A DNA stretch of 64,000 nt from Gemmatimonadota bacterium (GCA_022563595.1 JADFNB010000008.1:258-64257), one strand, 5' to 3'. Positions 1 through 9,938 are shown, numbered from the stretch's first letter. Made by a program: numbers and translations. The notes: generated by a model not told the origin, from the letters alone.

Positions 1-250
1 TTCGGTCGCGGTTCGCCATCATACGGAAGATCCATCTCACTGCCGCCCGCAAATGCTCGGCACGGATGGTCCCGCTGCCGTCCTGATTCAAGTACTCGAG
101 GAACGCCGGATCGCACTGTAGGCTTTCGACCTGCACGCTGGTGGCGGCCCAGCGAGCTGGGTGGAGCTGGTGGATGAAGGCAAGATCCTCCGCGCTCTCG
201 ATGCGCAGTTGGTGGATCCCGCCGTAATTTTGGAAGACAATGGGCTTCAT
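1..250 (-). CDS. Hypothetical protein, N-terminal part only (runs off the window)
   Basis: Hand translation from ATG 250: MKPIVFQNYGGIHQLRIESAEDLAFIHQLHPARWAATSVQVESLQCDPAFLEYLNQDGSGTIRAEHLRAAVRW... is open to the edge; contains an EF-hand-like loop NQDGSGTIRAEH. Confidence 0.65.
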   Translation of the reverse strand, partial: MKPIVFQNYGGIHQLRIESAEDLAFIHQLHPARWAATSVQVESLQCDPAFLEYLNQDGSGTIRAEHLRAAVRWIFRMMANRDR

Positions 251-523
251 AACGATAAGGATTGTATCCCGAGTGCTCACGAGCCGGAAGCCTGAGCTTC
301 ACCGTTGACGAGATGATCTGGTGTACCGGTCCCGGTTTCTTGGACAAGTGGGCGGCATAATCAGGCCGCCTACTTCGTGAGCGCTTGACGGACGTCGGCC
401 GCCCACGCCGGCAGGTGCCGGGGGCCCCACGGCCTTGGGGGGCGACCGATGCCTCACAATCCCCGTCCTCTTGGCTCCCCGCTTCGCGCGCCCGACGAAG
501 GCCCCCCCGGGGAACCGGTGAAC

Positions 524-539
524 CAGAACGAGCGTTTAG
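524..539. promoter_or_regulatory. Possible TetR operator (imperfect palindrome CAGAACGAGCGTTTAG)
   Basis: AACG-AG-CGTT dyad about 25 nt upstream of the TetR start; autoregulation is typical of the family. Confidence 0.35.
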
Positions 540-563
540 ATATCCGTGACAGGGAGGTACCCG

Positions 564-1166
564 ATGCCGCGCAAGAAAAAGTTCGACCCCGAACGCGCGC
601 TGGACGAGGCGATGGATGTCTTCTGGGAGAAGGGCTACAAAGCCACCTCAGTTCAAGATCTGGTGGACCGGATGGGCATCAACCGGTTCAGCATGTACGA
701 CACCTTCGGTGGGAAACGCGAGCTGTTCCTGGCGGCGCTCGACCGGTATCGGGAAACCCAGATCGATGAGCTGTTCGCCAGGCTCGAAGCGGGATCCCGA
801 GAACCGGCGGGGCTCGACGCGATCCGGGAGTTCTTCCGGCGGCTGATCGAGGTGTGCAGCGGCTCCGACGGATGGCGGGGGTGCCTCATCACCAACTCGG
901 CTGTTGAGCTGGCTCCCCACGACCGCACCGTCGCAAAGCGCGTGTCCGATCACCTGCAACGGATGGAAGACGCGTTCCGCCGGGCACTGTCCCACGCCCG
1001 CAAGGCGGGCGAACTCAAGAAAGGAAGCCCCATGCGGGACCTGGCGCGGTTTCTCACAGGCGCGGTCGTCGGACTCACTGTCCTGGCCAAGACCTCGCCG
1101 GGACGCCGTGCCCTGGAGCGGTATGCGGCCACGGTCCTCGGCACAGTGACGGCCTACGGACCCTGA
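564..1166 (+). CDS. TetR/AcrR family regulator (NemR/ComR-like)
   Basis: MPRKKKFD..ALDEAMDVFWEKGYKATS..DLV..MGINRFSMYDTFGGK HTH; GCLITN motif; GGAGG RBS before ATG 564. Confidence 0.93.
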   Translation: MPRKKKFDPERALDEAMDVFWEKGYKATSVQDLVDRMGINRFSMYDTFGGKRELFLAALDRYRETQIDELFARLEAGSREPAGLDAIREFFRRLIEVCSGSDGWRGCLITNSAVELAPHDRTVAKRVSDHLQRMEDAFRRALSHARKAGELKKGSPMRDLARFLTGAVVGLTVLAKTSPGRRALERYAATVLGTVTAYGP

Positions 1167-1227
1167 TCCCGTTTTTGTTGGCGTATTTCGCAATGAACAT
1201 TCAGTTATCTCAATCAGGAGACGCACC

Positions 1228-1788
1228 ATGACCGATTTTCGGATTCACACGATCGATAGCGCGCCCGAGGGCGCCAAGCCCGTGCTGGCCGCAGCGAAGG
1301 GCAAGTTCGGCTTCATCCCGAATCTCGTAGCCGAGCTGGCCGAAGCCCCCGTTGCCGCACAGGCATACCTCGCCGTCGCCGACGCTTTCGCGTCGAGCTC
1401 GCTGAGCCTGAAAGAGCAGCAGGTGGTGCTGATCACGACGAGCATCTTCCACCACTGCCACTACTGCGTCGCCGCCCACTCGATGGTCGGCAAGCACGCC
1501 GGCCTCTCGGACGAGGCACTCGCCGCCCTGCGCGACGGTCGGTCGGTCGATGATCCCAGGCTCGAGGCGGTGCGTGCCTTCACCCACGCGCTGGTCGAGA
1601 AGCGAGGCTCGGTCGGCCAAGATACCGTGGACGCCTTCCTCGGCGCCGGCTTCACCAAGGCGCAGATCCTCGAGGTGCTCGTGGGCATCACCCAGAAGAC
1701 GCTCAGCAACTACACGAACCACCTCGCCAATACGCCGCTGGACGAGGCGTTTGAGGCGTTCGCCTGGGAGCCGACGAGCGTCGGCTGA
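1228..1788 (+). CDS. Carboxymuconolactone decarboxylase / AhpD-like protein
   Basis: GFIPNL, CHYCVAAH (CxYC) and TLSNYTNH motifs; AGGAG RBS. Confidence 0.9.
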   Translation: MTDFRIHTIDSAPEGAKPVLAAAKGKFGFIPNLVAELAEAPVAAQAYLAVADAFASSSLSLKEQQVVLITTSIFHHCHYCVAAHSMVGKHAGLSDEALAALRDGRSVDDPRLEAVRAFTHALVEKRGSVGQDTVDAFLGAGFTKAQILEVLVGITQKTLSNYTNHLANTPLDEAFEAFAWEPTSVG

Positions 1789-1971
1789 GCAGCCTCAGAT
1801 GTGGAGATCGGCCGCCCATCCGGCGGCCTCTCCACGCGCTGTTGGCACGCCGAGTAGCGCGCGGAGACCCCTGCCTGGCGGGCCCGGGTCCGCCGGGTAG
1901 ATTTCTGGGTACCGAAGATACGGCAGCACTGTCACGACGTGGAGTCGAAGATCCAGCACCAAGGAGGGAAC

Positions 1972-2538
1972 ATGCATCGCACCGCCCGACCCTTTCTTAC
2001 GCTCGCGCTCTTCCTCGCCCTGCCCCTCGCGGCGTACGCCCAGCACGGGGAACATCACCCCGATCAGGACAGCAAGATCGAGAACGCCCTGAGCGCGGCA
2101 CCGGCAGGGCTGGCCGAGCACGCCGCCGTGATGGACTGGGACCAGTCCGTTCTGAAGGAAGGCACTAACGGCTACACCTGCCTCCCGACACCGCCCGACC
2201 TGCCCGGAAACGCCCCCATGTGTCTCGACGCCCAGTGGATGAAGTGGGCGGAGGCGTGGATGAACCGAACCGAACCCGAGTTTACCGCGGTCGGGATCGC
2301 GTACATGCTCAGAGGGGATGCCGGCGCCAGCAATACGGACCCTTACGCCACCGATCGGGCCGGCGTCGCCGACTGGATCGAGGCGGGACCGCATCTCATG
2401 GTGGTCGTTCCCGATCCCGCCATGCTCGACAACCTGCCGACCGACTACGAGAGCGGAACGCCTTGGGTCATGTGGCAGGGCACGCCGTACGTGCACATCA
2501 TGATCCCGCTTGGTCACGGGCAGACCCGGGAGCACTGA
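1972..2538 (+). CDS. Conserved secreted hypothetical protein
   Basis: AAGGAGG RBS; signal peptide ending AYA; ALSAAP, GTNGYTC, PMCLD, GIAYML.GD and GPHLM motifs. Confidence 0.8.
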   Translation: MHRTARPFLTLALFLALPLAAYAQHGEHHPDQDSKIENALSAAPAGLAEHAAVMDWDQSVLKEGTNGYTCLPTPPDLPGNAPMCLDAQWMKWAEAWMNRTEPEFTAVGIAYMLRGDAGASNTDPYATDRAGVADWIEAGPHLMVVVPDPAMLDNLPTDYESGTPWVMWQGTPYVHIMIPLGHGQTREH

Positions 2539-2562
2539 ACGGAAGAATAGGCGCACTTGTAG

Positions 2563-2590
2563 AAACGCCGGCCAAACGGTCGGCGTTTTT
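2563..2590 (+). terminator. Rho-independent terminator
   Basis: AAACGCCGGCC-AAAC-GGTCGGCGTTT hairpin running into a T-tract, 25 nt after the stop. Confidence 0.8.
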
Positions 2591-2789
2591 CTTCGCGGGG
2601 CAGCGCGATTCGACCGGTGCCGTCCACCGGTCGATATCGGCCGGCCGGTCCACGAACCGGCCCGCCTGTCGATCGTGCCCTACCTCGTTGCGGCAGATAG
2701 TCCAAGTTTCTACTCATGGTGAACCAGACAAGGCTCACGCACAGCAGTTGGTCGTCGCACATGGATAAGGTCGCAGCCAGGCGGACGTC

Positions 2790-3029
2790 ATGAAGGCGGC
2801 CCATGGGCGATGGCCCGGCCCGGACACCGGATCGTATGTATTGTTCGACGGGCACGGGCGGCGCATTGGGACCATTCGCGCGGCGCGCGGCGAGCCGGAT
2901 TTCGGTCGCGCCGCACCGGCACTGCTGCTGCGCCGCGATCCAGCATACGTGAGCGCTCTGGGGACAGCACCACCTGCACTGCGAACAATGGTGATTGAAC
3001 AGCAGGAAATGGAGGCTGGCGATACATGA
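2790..3029 (+). pseudogene. Possible C-terminal remnant of a beta-propeller protein
   Basis: SYVLFDGHGRRIGTIR resembles the last blade (WDVFDREGRYLGIVR) of the downstream propeller gene. Confidence 0.3.
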
Positions 3030-4264
3030 ACACCAGAACCACTTGGACCTTGCTCCTCGTGCTGCTGCTGCTGGCGCCGGCGGAATCGCTTCACGCTCAG
3101 TGGCGCGGCACCGTTCGGGACAGCGCGGGCGTGCAGGTCATCTCGAACACGCGCGACGGACTGTGGGCATCAGGAGCCGCATGGACGGTAGTCCAGGAAC
3201 TGCGGATCGGCACCATCGACGAAGATCCCGACTACATGTTCGGGCAGATCGGATTCATCGCGGTGGGCTCGGACGGACGGATCTTCGTGCTCGACGCCCA
3301 GGCACAGCACGTGAAGGTCTATTCGCCCGACGGCGAATACCTACAGACGATCGGCGGGCCCGGCGGCGGGCCTGGCGAGCTGGGGCTGGGCGCGGTGTTT
3401 CTGACGATGGTCGCGGGCGACACGCTGTTCGTGCCCGATCTCGCGAACCGACGCGTCAACCGCTATGGCCCCGACGGATCGGAGGTGGGCAGCTTCCCGC
3501 TGGCGATCGAACAGGGCATTCCCATGCAGTGGCGCTCTACGGGGACGGGTCTGGTAGCCGAGCAAGTCCGCCCGTTGACCCTGCCGGACAACACGGCTCC
3601 CGACTCGATGGACGTGATCGTGCTGCTGGGAACCGATGGAGCGGTCACCGACACCCTCATGCGCTTCCCGTCCGGGAAGACGTTCGATTTCAGCGGCGGC
3701 AGTCCCGAGTTCCACATCTACTCGCCGGAACCGGTATGGACGCTCACCGACGACGGGCGCGTCATCTTCGGTGTCAACGACGAGTACCGTATCGGCGTGT
3801 ACGGTCCCGGGGCGAAGCTCGAGCGGATCGTGTCGCTGCCGTTCGAGCGAGGCCCAGTCGGCGACCGCGACAAGAAGGCAGTGATCGACTTCTTCGAGAA
3901 GGCCTGGCGGGACGCCGGCGTCCCGCCTAACGCGATCTCGCGGCTCCGCTCGGGGATCCATTTTAGCGACTACTTCCCGGCATTCGCGAGTATTCAGGTC
4001 GGACCGGGCGGCTCCTTGTGGATCCAGCACATCCAGCCGGCGTCCGAGCTGAGTGAGGAAGAGCTGGAATCATACAACCTGCTGGAGGACGCCGGCGCCC
4101 CGGAGTGGGACGTGTTCGACCGGGAAGGCCGCTACCTCGGCATCGTGCGGATGCCTTCGCGGTTCGCGCCCCGGCTGTTCGTGGAGGACAAGATCTACGG
4201 TGTGTGGCGCGATGAATGGGACGTGCAGTACATGGTGCGCCTGCGGATCGAGGGGGCCAACTAG
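3026..4264 (+). CDS. Secreted 6-bladed beta-propeller (NHL-like) protein
   Basis: Signal peptide; ELRIG..D, DGRIFVLD, G..GGGPGE and WDVFDREGRYLG blades. Confidence 0.88.
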   Translation: MNTRTTWTLLLVLLLLAPAESLHAQWRGTVRDSAGVQVISNTRDGLWASGAAWTVVQELRIGTIDEDPDYMFGQIGFIAVGSDGRIFVLDAQAQHVKVYSPDGEYLQTIGGPGGGPGELGLGAVFLTMVAGDTLFVPDLANRRVNRYGPDGSEVGSFPLAIEQGIPMQWRSTGTGLVAEQVRPLTLPDNTAPDSMDVIVLLGTDGAVTDTLMRFPSGKTFDFSGGSPEFHIYSPEPVWTLTDDGRVIFGVNDEYRIGVYGPGAKLERIVSLPFERGPVGDRDKKAVIDFFEKAWRDAGVPPNAISRLRSGIHFSDYFPAFASIQVGPGGSLWIQHIQPASELSEEELESYNLLEDAGAPEWDVFDREGRYLGIVRMPSRFAPRLFVEDKIYGVWRDEWDVQYMVRLRIEGAN

Positions 4265-4306
4265 TCGGTCCTCGTGACAAGAAGCGAAGCGCTTGGGGCG
4301 GTGCGG

Positions 4307-4588
4307 CTACTGCCGATCGCCCGGCAAGGCTTCGTGCTGCTGCTTCGTCAAGAGCCGTTCAGCGAAATCGAGACGGTCGTGGAGTTCGGCATGCTCTTCC
4401 CGCAGGGCGAGCATCTGCTCGTGCAGCGTCTCGACGACTTCCTGCAACCGTTTGACATCCTCACCGCCACCAGATCCGAGACGGGCGGTCTTGTACGACA
4501 ACCACATCTTGAACCCGATGAGGGTGAACGTCCCGAACGCCAGCATCCCGAGCAGCGGCCCCACGAACTCGAGGATTTCAGGTGGCAC
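4307..4588 (-). CDS. Small membrane-anchored coiled-coil protein
   Basis: One TM helix followed by a coiled coil ending ELHDRLDFAERLL. Confidence 0.75.
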   Translation of the reverse strand: MPPEILEFVGPLLGMLAFGTFTLIGFKMWLSYKTARLGSGGGEDVKRLQEVVETLHEQMLALREEHAELHDRLDFAERLLTKQQHEALPGDRQ

Positions 4589-4955
4589 GGGCCTGCTCCA
4601 CGAGCCAGTCCTTGGCTGCGTCCGATGTGGTGAACGCGGTCAGTTTCCGCCGCGACATGTCCCGAACCAGAAGAAACACCTTCTCTCCCTCACCGCTCGC
4701 TCCCACGACAGCGCTCGCGCGCACCCACGGTTTGTTGTGCCGCGCCAACTCGTAGAGCACCTTCGCAATCGCCGGCGATGATTCCGCCCCGGTGACGTCC
4801 GTGAGGGTCAACAGCGAGCCCTCCGGCTGCGCCGTCACGATCTCCTTGGCCTCTTCGACCGCGTCCTGCGCGCTCGCCGGGTCGCGTATCCCGGTGAAAT
4901 CCAGATACAGGATCTGCACGCCACCGTGGTCGATGAACCGTACGCGTCCGGGCAT
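4578..4955 (-). CDS. STAS/SpoIIAA-like hypothetical protein
   Basis: ILYLDFT..LTLTDVT..SAVVG..F...DAAKDWL pattern. Confidence 0.7.
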   Translation of the reverse strand: MPGRVRFIDHGGVQILYLDFTGIRDPASAQDAVEEAKEIVTAQPEGSLLTLTDVTGAESSPAIAKVLYELARHNKPWVRASAVVGASGEGEKVFLLVRDMSRRKLTAFTTSDAAKDWLVEQARAT

Positions 4956-5067
4956 GTTCTAAAGGTGAAGTCCGGCGCCCCTGCCGCGCCAGTGGGCCGC
5001 CGCAAGGACGGTATACTCAACCGGAGCGAAGCAGCTTGCCCTTGCCATCTTCCCATCTTCCAACCTG

Positions 5068-5697
5068 TCAAAACCCCAGGTCCAACCCCAGCTTGGCAAT
5101 AGTCACCTGGATCGGCACCTTGACCGTCTCAACTTCCCGATCGATCCGCTGGAACTCATATTCGACCCGCACCCGAAACCGGCCATTCGCGGTCCCGAGC
5201 GCCACACCGAGTCCCAGCTCCAATGCCAGTCCGGCCTCACCCCCACCGTTGAACCGGGAACTGACCAGGTACGCACCGCGGCCCCACACGCTTCCGATGC
5301 TGGAGAGGCGAACCTCGGAGAGCAGTCCCGCCCGCACGACGCTCACGTCCTGGGCGGTGAACTCGGGATCGATCTTGCGCCGTCCGGCACCGACCTCGAT
5401 CGCAAGCGAGCGGGCGACCGCGTAGCTCAGGCGTGCGTCGCCTTGCAACACGTCGAACGGTTCGGCCGGCACGTCGACGAGCTCGATCGAGGCGGCGTGC
5501 CCCGAGAGATCGAGCCCAAAGCGCCCGACGCGCACGCTCAGGTACCCGCCGATCCCGCCGCCCTCGGCCCGCCGCTCCTGGCGTACCTCCACATGGGAGA
5601 TCCCCACCCCGTGGATCCCGATCCGCACGGTCTGCGCCCCAGCCGCGGAAGTCACGGCCAGGAGCAGCGCTCCGCCCGCGACGCCGGCGCGCCTCAC
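5068..5697 (-). CDS. Outer-membrane beta-barrel protein
   Basis: Signal peptide, alternating amphipathic strands, C-terminal LGLDLGF; start overlaps upstream stop. Confidence 0.7.
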   Translation of the reverse strand: MRRAGVAGGALLLAVTSAAGAQTVRIGIHGVGISHVEVRQERRAEGGGIGGYLSVRVGRFGLDLSGHAASIELVDVPAEPFDVLQGDARLSYAVARSLAIEVGAGRRKIDPEFTAQDVSVVRAGLLSEVRLSSIGSVWGRGAYLVSSRFNGGGEAGLALELGLGVALGTANGRFRVRVEYEFQRIDREVETVKVPIQVTIAKLGLDLGF

Positions 5698-6713
5698 GGA
5701 CTCCCCCGCACCGGTGTTACCGTGAGCATGACCTGCCGGCGCCGCAAGTCATTCCGGGCGGCGATCTCCGTGTTGCGGGCAGCGACTTGTTCCCGCAGCA
5801 GCTTGTTGTAGCGGATATTAGCCTGAACGGGTTGCAGATCGGGCTGCTTGAGACTGAGGATGAGCCCGACCGCCAAAGTCAGGACGGCAACGCCGCCGAT
5901 TTCCCGGCGCTCGCCGCCGCCAAGTATAGTGTTCTCGAGGGCCAGCGACGCACCTGCGGTGACACCGGCGAACAGGACGCTCAGGCCGAGCGGTCGCCAG
6001 TTGCGCGGCGGTGAGACGAACTCGGGCTGTTCGGCGTAGCCCGGCAGGCTCGTGAGGTGCGCAATGGTGTCTACAGACCCATGGACGACCTCTACCTCCA
6101 CCGGCGCCGCGAACTCGTTCCCACCTTCCACCGCAGTGACGATGATCTGATACCGGCCGGGCGGTACCGCATCGCCTTCCGGAGTCAAGCCGCGCCATTC
6201 GACGCGGGTGGCGCCGCTGACGAGCTGTGAGTCGACGACGAGATTCAGTCCCTGGCCCACTACGCGGGTGACCGCGCGCGCCGAGCGGGAGAGCTGAAAG
6301 CGAATCGGCACCCCGCCCTGCCCGGCGACGAACGATGCGGTATCGACCGTGAGCCGCCGGACGACGAGCACCTGTCCGAGCGCCGAGGCGTAGAGCGAGG
6401 TGATGCGCGGCGAGACCTGTTCGACGTCGGGCTCGCGGTTGGGATCGAGGAAGATCAATTGCTTGAACGCGTCCACGGCCTGCCGGGTCGAGTCGAGCGC
6501 GCCGTACGCGAACCCGAGCAGCTCGTAGATGGCGATCCGGTCGTCGCGGCTCAACCGCTGGCGGAGTGCGCGTTGCGCCGTGGCGATCGCAGTCCGGAAG
6601 TCGAGTTGGTCGTACGCCTGCTTGGCACGGCGCGCTTCCCCATGCTCCTGGGCTGCCAGCGCCGCCGGCAGGGCCAGCGCCGCCATGATGGCGGCAGTGC
6701 GCGTCATGTTCAT
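5694..6713 (-). CDS. Exported TPR-like + FlgD-Ig-like protein with late hydrophobic hairpin
   Basis: Signal peptide; YELLGFAYGAL..AVDAFKQLIFLDP TPR-like repeat; WRG....G..VPPGRYQI FlgD-Ig motif; two hydrophobic segments near the C-terminus. Confidence 0.7.
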   Translation of the reverse strand: MNMTRTAAIMAALALPAALAAQEHGEARRAKQAYDQLDFRTAIATAQRALRQRLSRDDRIAIYELLGFAYGALDSTRQAVDAFKQLIFLDPNREPDVEQVSPRITSLYASALGQVLVVRRLTVDTASFVAGQGGVPIRFQLSRSARAVTRVVGQGLNLVVDSQLVSGATRVEWRGLTPEGDAVPPGRYQIIVTAVEGGNEFAAPVEVEVVHGSVDTIAHLTSLPGYAEQPEFVSPPRNWRPLGLSVLFAGVTAGASLALENTILGGGERREIGGVAVLTLAVGLILSLKQPDLQPVQANIRYNKLLREQVAARNTEIAARNDLRRRQVMLTVTPVRGSP

Positions 6714-8314
6714 CCTCGCGTCAGCGTCTTGGTGCGCCGTACCTCGTTACCGTCGGTGATGGTGACGGTGTCGACCACGGTCAACCACCCTTCGCGCCTT
6801 ATCTCCAAGACGTACGTCCCGGGTGCAAGCTCGAGACGGATCCGCGGCGTGTCACCGTATTCCCGTCCGTCGATGTACAGGGTGCCGTAGACGGGGACCG
6901 CCCTGACGCTCAGGTAGCCTACGCGTGGTGCGGTAGGTCGTGTGATGACGGGCTGGGCCCGTGGAGGCGTGCGGCGAGCCGGAGCCAGAGGTGATTCCTC
7001 TTGCTCGGCGGGTGGCTGTAGCGGCGGTTGGGTCTGCGCCGTGGCCACCGCGGCGGTGTCCGGAGGCGCCGTCCGCTCGGGCTGGGCGGCGCTGTCACGC
7101 AGCGCCATGATGGGACGCGAGGCGGGCTGAGGAGCGGGCGCCGCTTCACGCAACCCGATCTGCCCGAGCAGGCGGTTGCCGGCGGGGGTGAACATCGCGA
7201 ACGCGGCGCCGAGGCCGAGCACCACGACCAGCAGGGCCGGCACCCAGCGCAACGCCCGGCGCCGCTTCGTCTCGACCGTAATCACGGTCGGTTCGGACAT
7301 CTCGGTGGGCGCTTCCGTGGACGTCAGTGGCTGGCGCGCCGCGAGCTGGGCGCTGTCACGCGTTTCCGGCTGCACCGGATGCTCCGGCCAGACGGCCGTC
7401 GCGAAGTCTTCCATCGTGGGGTAGCGGTGCGTCGGTTCTTTCGCCATCGCGCGCCGGATCGCCTGTGCCAGGAACCTGGGAACGCGCGGCTGCACCTGTT
7501 CGACTGGCTCCGGGTCCTCGAAGACATGCTTGTAGATGATGGTGTGGACCGAATCATCCTCGAACGGCAGGCGTCCCGTGACCATGCGATATCCGACGAT
7601 CCCCAGCGAGTACTGATCGCTGGCTCCCGTCACTTCCGTACCCTTGGCCTGCTCGGGGCTCATGTAATGCGGCGTCCCGATCACCTGGCCGGTGGCGGTG
7701 AACTGGGATGCCGACTTGAGCGCCTTCGAGATCCCGAAATCAGCGAGCAGCACCCGTCCGGTTTCCTCGATCATGATGTTCGCCGGTTTGATGTCCCGGT
7801 GCACCACGCCCCGCGCATGGGCGTGACCGAGCGCGCAAGCGGCTTCCCACAGGATGCGCTGCGTGAGATCTGTCGGCACCGGCCCGGCCGAGATGACGCT
7901 GTCGAGGCCGCGTCCGGCCACGAACTTCATCACGAAGTAGTGGAGGTCCTCATCGCTCTCGACGGCGTAGATCGGGATGATACCGGGATGGTCGAGCTTG
8001 GCCGCCGTCTTGGCCTCGTGCTGGAACCGCCCGACGAAGTTCTCGTCGTGGGCCAGGTCAGTTGGCAGCACCTTGATCGCGACTTCGCGCTCGAGTTTCC
8101 GATCCAACGCGAGATAGACGGCGCCCATCCCGCCCTGGCCGAGCAATTCCCGAATCTCGTACTGATCCCCCACCGCGTAGCGCAGCCGTTCGAGCAGCTC
8201 GTCCTGGCGCCTGCTGCCGCGCCGCCCGGTCGCGCCCGGCGGGGCGTCTATCCCGCAGGCCGGGCAAGACTGTGCGCCGTCAGGCAACGGTGTGTGGCAG
8301 TGGACGCAGGTCAC
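6710..8314 (-). CDS. Membrane Ser/Thr protein kinase with N-terminal zinc ribbon and C-terminal PEGA domain
   Basis: CxxC..CxxC; LGQGGMGAVY, VAIK, HRDIKPAN, DFG, GTPHYMSPE; TM helix; G.L.IDG..G.TP...L.PG.Y PEGA. GTG 8314 lies 1 nt after the upstream stop. Confidence 0.93.
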   Translation of the reverse strand: MTCVHCHTPLPDGAQSCPACGIDAPPGATGRRGSRRQDELLERLRYAVGDQYEIRELLGQGGMGAVYLALDRKLEREVAIKVLPTDLAHDENFVGRFQHEAKTAAKLDHPGIIPIYAVESDEDLHYFVMKFVAGRGLDSVISAGPVPTDLTQRILWEAACALGHAHARGVVHRDIKPANIMIEETGRVLLADFGISKALKSASQFTATGQVIGTPHYMSPEQAKGTEVTGASDQYSLGIVGYRMVTGRLPFEDDSVHTIIYKHVFEDPEPVEQVQPRVPRFLAQAIRRAMAKEPTHRYPTMEDFATAVWPEHPVQPETRDSAQLAARQPLTSTEAPTEMSEPTVITVETKRRRALRWVPALLVVVLGLGAAFAMFTPAGNRLLGQIGLREAAPAPQPASRPIMALRDSAAQPERTAPPDTAAVATAQTQPPLQPPAEQEESPLAPARRTPPRAQPVITRPTAPRVGYLSVRAVPVYGTLYIDGREYGDTPRIRLELAPGTYVLEIRREGWLTVVDTVTITDGNEVRRTKTLTRG

Positions 8315-8315
8315 C

Positions 8316-9938
8316 CTATTGCCTCGGCCGGGGTTTGAGCGCCGCCGGCCGCGACGGACCGAACGCCGCGCGTTTCGCCCGCAACCGCGCGAGCCGCTCA
8401 TCTACGCCCGCCCGGGCGCCGACCGCGGCGTCGGAAAGCAGCGCTCCCGCCCCCGCCCCCACCCCAACGGTGGTCGTCATCGTGTACTCCGCCGGTACGC
8501 CCGGAAAGTCGACCACGATCACGAAGTAGTCACCAGGCGGCAGCATGCCGGTGATCGTTTCCGTCTTGCCTGCGTCGGCGGCGACGTCGAGGATGACCAG
8601 CGAGTCGGGCCGGAAATCCGCCACGAGATAGAGATCCAGGTCGGCGTCCTCGGTGGACGTGGAGACGGATACCGTAAACGGCCGCGCCACACCGCCCGGG
8701 TTGGAGATGCTGAACCAATCGATGTCGTGGGGATTGTCGATTGTCAGGTTAGCCGTGGCACCGGCGGTGAGTGGTTTCGCGAGGTCGCAGTAATCGTTCT
8801 CCTCGGCGGCGTCCGGCGGGAGCAGCGAAAGATAGGCGGACGCGATGAGCAGCTCGTACGAGGCGGGCTGACCGGAAGCGAAGTAGGGCGCCAGAATGTG
8901 ATACGTCCCCGCCGGGAGGTCTTTGAGAGCCAGAATAGAGAACGGGAACAGCACCTCCTTGATTCCGGCCGGCTCCCCATTCCGAGTCAGACCCAGCCCA
9001 CCGCAAAGGTAGGTCTCGAGACCGATCGTCCAGGAATCGGGACCGACGTCGTACGTATTGAGCAACGGACGCCACCGCAGCGAGTCGGTCAGGAAGACGC
9101 CGAACGACTGCGCGCCCACGTTCTCGGAGAAGAAGATGATGGTACGGTCCTGGGTGGTGGTATTCTCGAAGGTGTACCAGTCGGCGGGCTGGCGATCCGC
9201 CACCGCCACGCCTTCCTCGCGGACCTTCCGCTCAAAGGCGAGCGCCGGATTGCGAAACCCGAACGGAATCGGCCCGAGATGTGCCGGCGCCGTATCGTTG
9301 GGCTCGTAGAGATCCCGTTGCTGCACGATGAGCGTCTCGGGATGGAGAACCACGCCGGCGAACCCGATCACATTGACCGTGGACCGCCGTGCCGCGGGTG
9401 GCGGAACCCAGACGCGAAGTACGCCTTCGCCCTGCGGTTTCAAGGTGTCGGCCGGCACGAACGACGACGCGACGGCGTCCACGCCACCCACCTGGATCGC
9501 GATGATCGACGCGGAATCGAGCCCGACGCCGTAGATCGCGATCAGCTCACCGAAGCGCACCTCCCGCGGCAGCACGCTGTCGACCTCCAGGCGGCCCCGC
9601 ACGCGAATCGCCTGGATGAACGGGTCAGCATCCTCGAACTCGATCGCCGTCACCGTGAGTGTCGCGCTACCCGGTGTCAGGGCCCGCAGCAGGCCGGTCG
9701 AGTCGACACTGAAGACGGTCGGATCGCTCGACGTGTACGCGACAACCGCGTGCCGCACGGCGGTGCCCTCGCCGTCGACCACTTCGGCGCTGAGCCGTAG
9801 GCTATCGCTGAGGAGTAGATCGGGAATGGCGGCGAGGATTACCTGGAGGTCGTTCTCGCCGTCGGTCGGAACGACGCAGGACACGGCGGCCCATGCGACC
9901 AGCACGGGAACGAGGCGTCGGGAAGGTCGTGCCATCAT
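8316..9938 (-). CDS. Lipoprotein with Ig-like (Big_2), IPT-like and PPC-like domains
   Basis: Lipobox AVSC; YTSSDPTVFSVDSTGLL; DLYEPND, EEND, DIDWF and DLDLY motifs. Start is approximate. Confidence 0.75.
   Translation of the reverse strand: MMARPSRRLVPVLVAWAAVSCVVPTDGENDLQVILAAIPDLLLSDSLRLSAEVVDGEGTAVRHAVVAYTSSDPTVFSVDSTGLLRALTPGSATLTVTAIEFEDADPFIQAIRVRGRLEVDSVLPREVRFGELIAIYGVGLDSASIIAIQVGGVDAVASSFVPADTLKPQGEGVLRVWVPPPAARRSTVNVIGFAGVVLHPETLIVQQRDLYEPNDTAPAHLGPIPFGFRNPALAFERKVREEGVAVADRQPADWYTFENTTTQDRTIIFFSENVGAQSFGVFLTDSLRWRPLLNTYDVGPDSWTIGLETYLCGGLGLTRNGEPAGIKEVLFPFSILALKDLPAGTYHILAPYFASGQPASYELLIASAYLSLLPPDAAEENDYCDLAKPLTAGATANLTIDNPHDIDWFSISNPGGVARPFTVSVSTSTEDADLDLYLVADFRPDSLVILDVAADAGKTETITGMLPPGDYFVIVVDFPGVPAEYTMTTTVGVGAGAGALLSDAAVGARAGVDERLARLRAKRAAFGPSRPAALKPRPRQ

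Noticed and set aside
251-520. GC-rich hairpins suggesting a riboswitch or ncRNA
   Set aside because: No recognisable riboswitch consensus; such pairing is expected by chance at this GC content.
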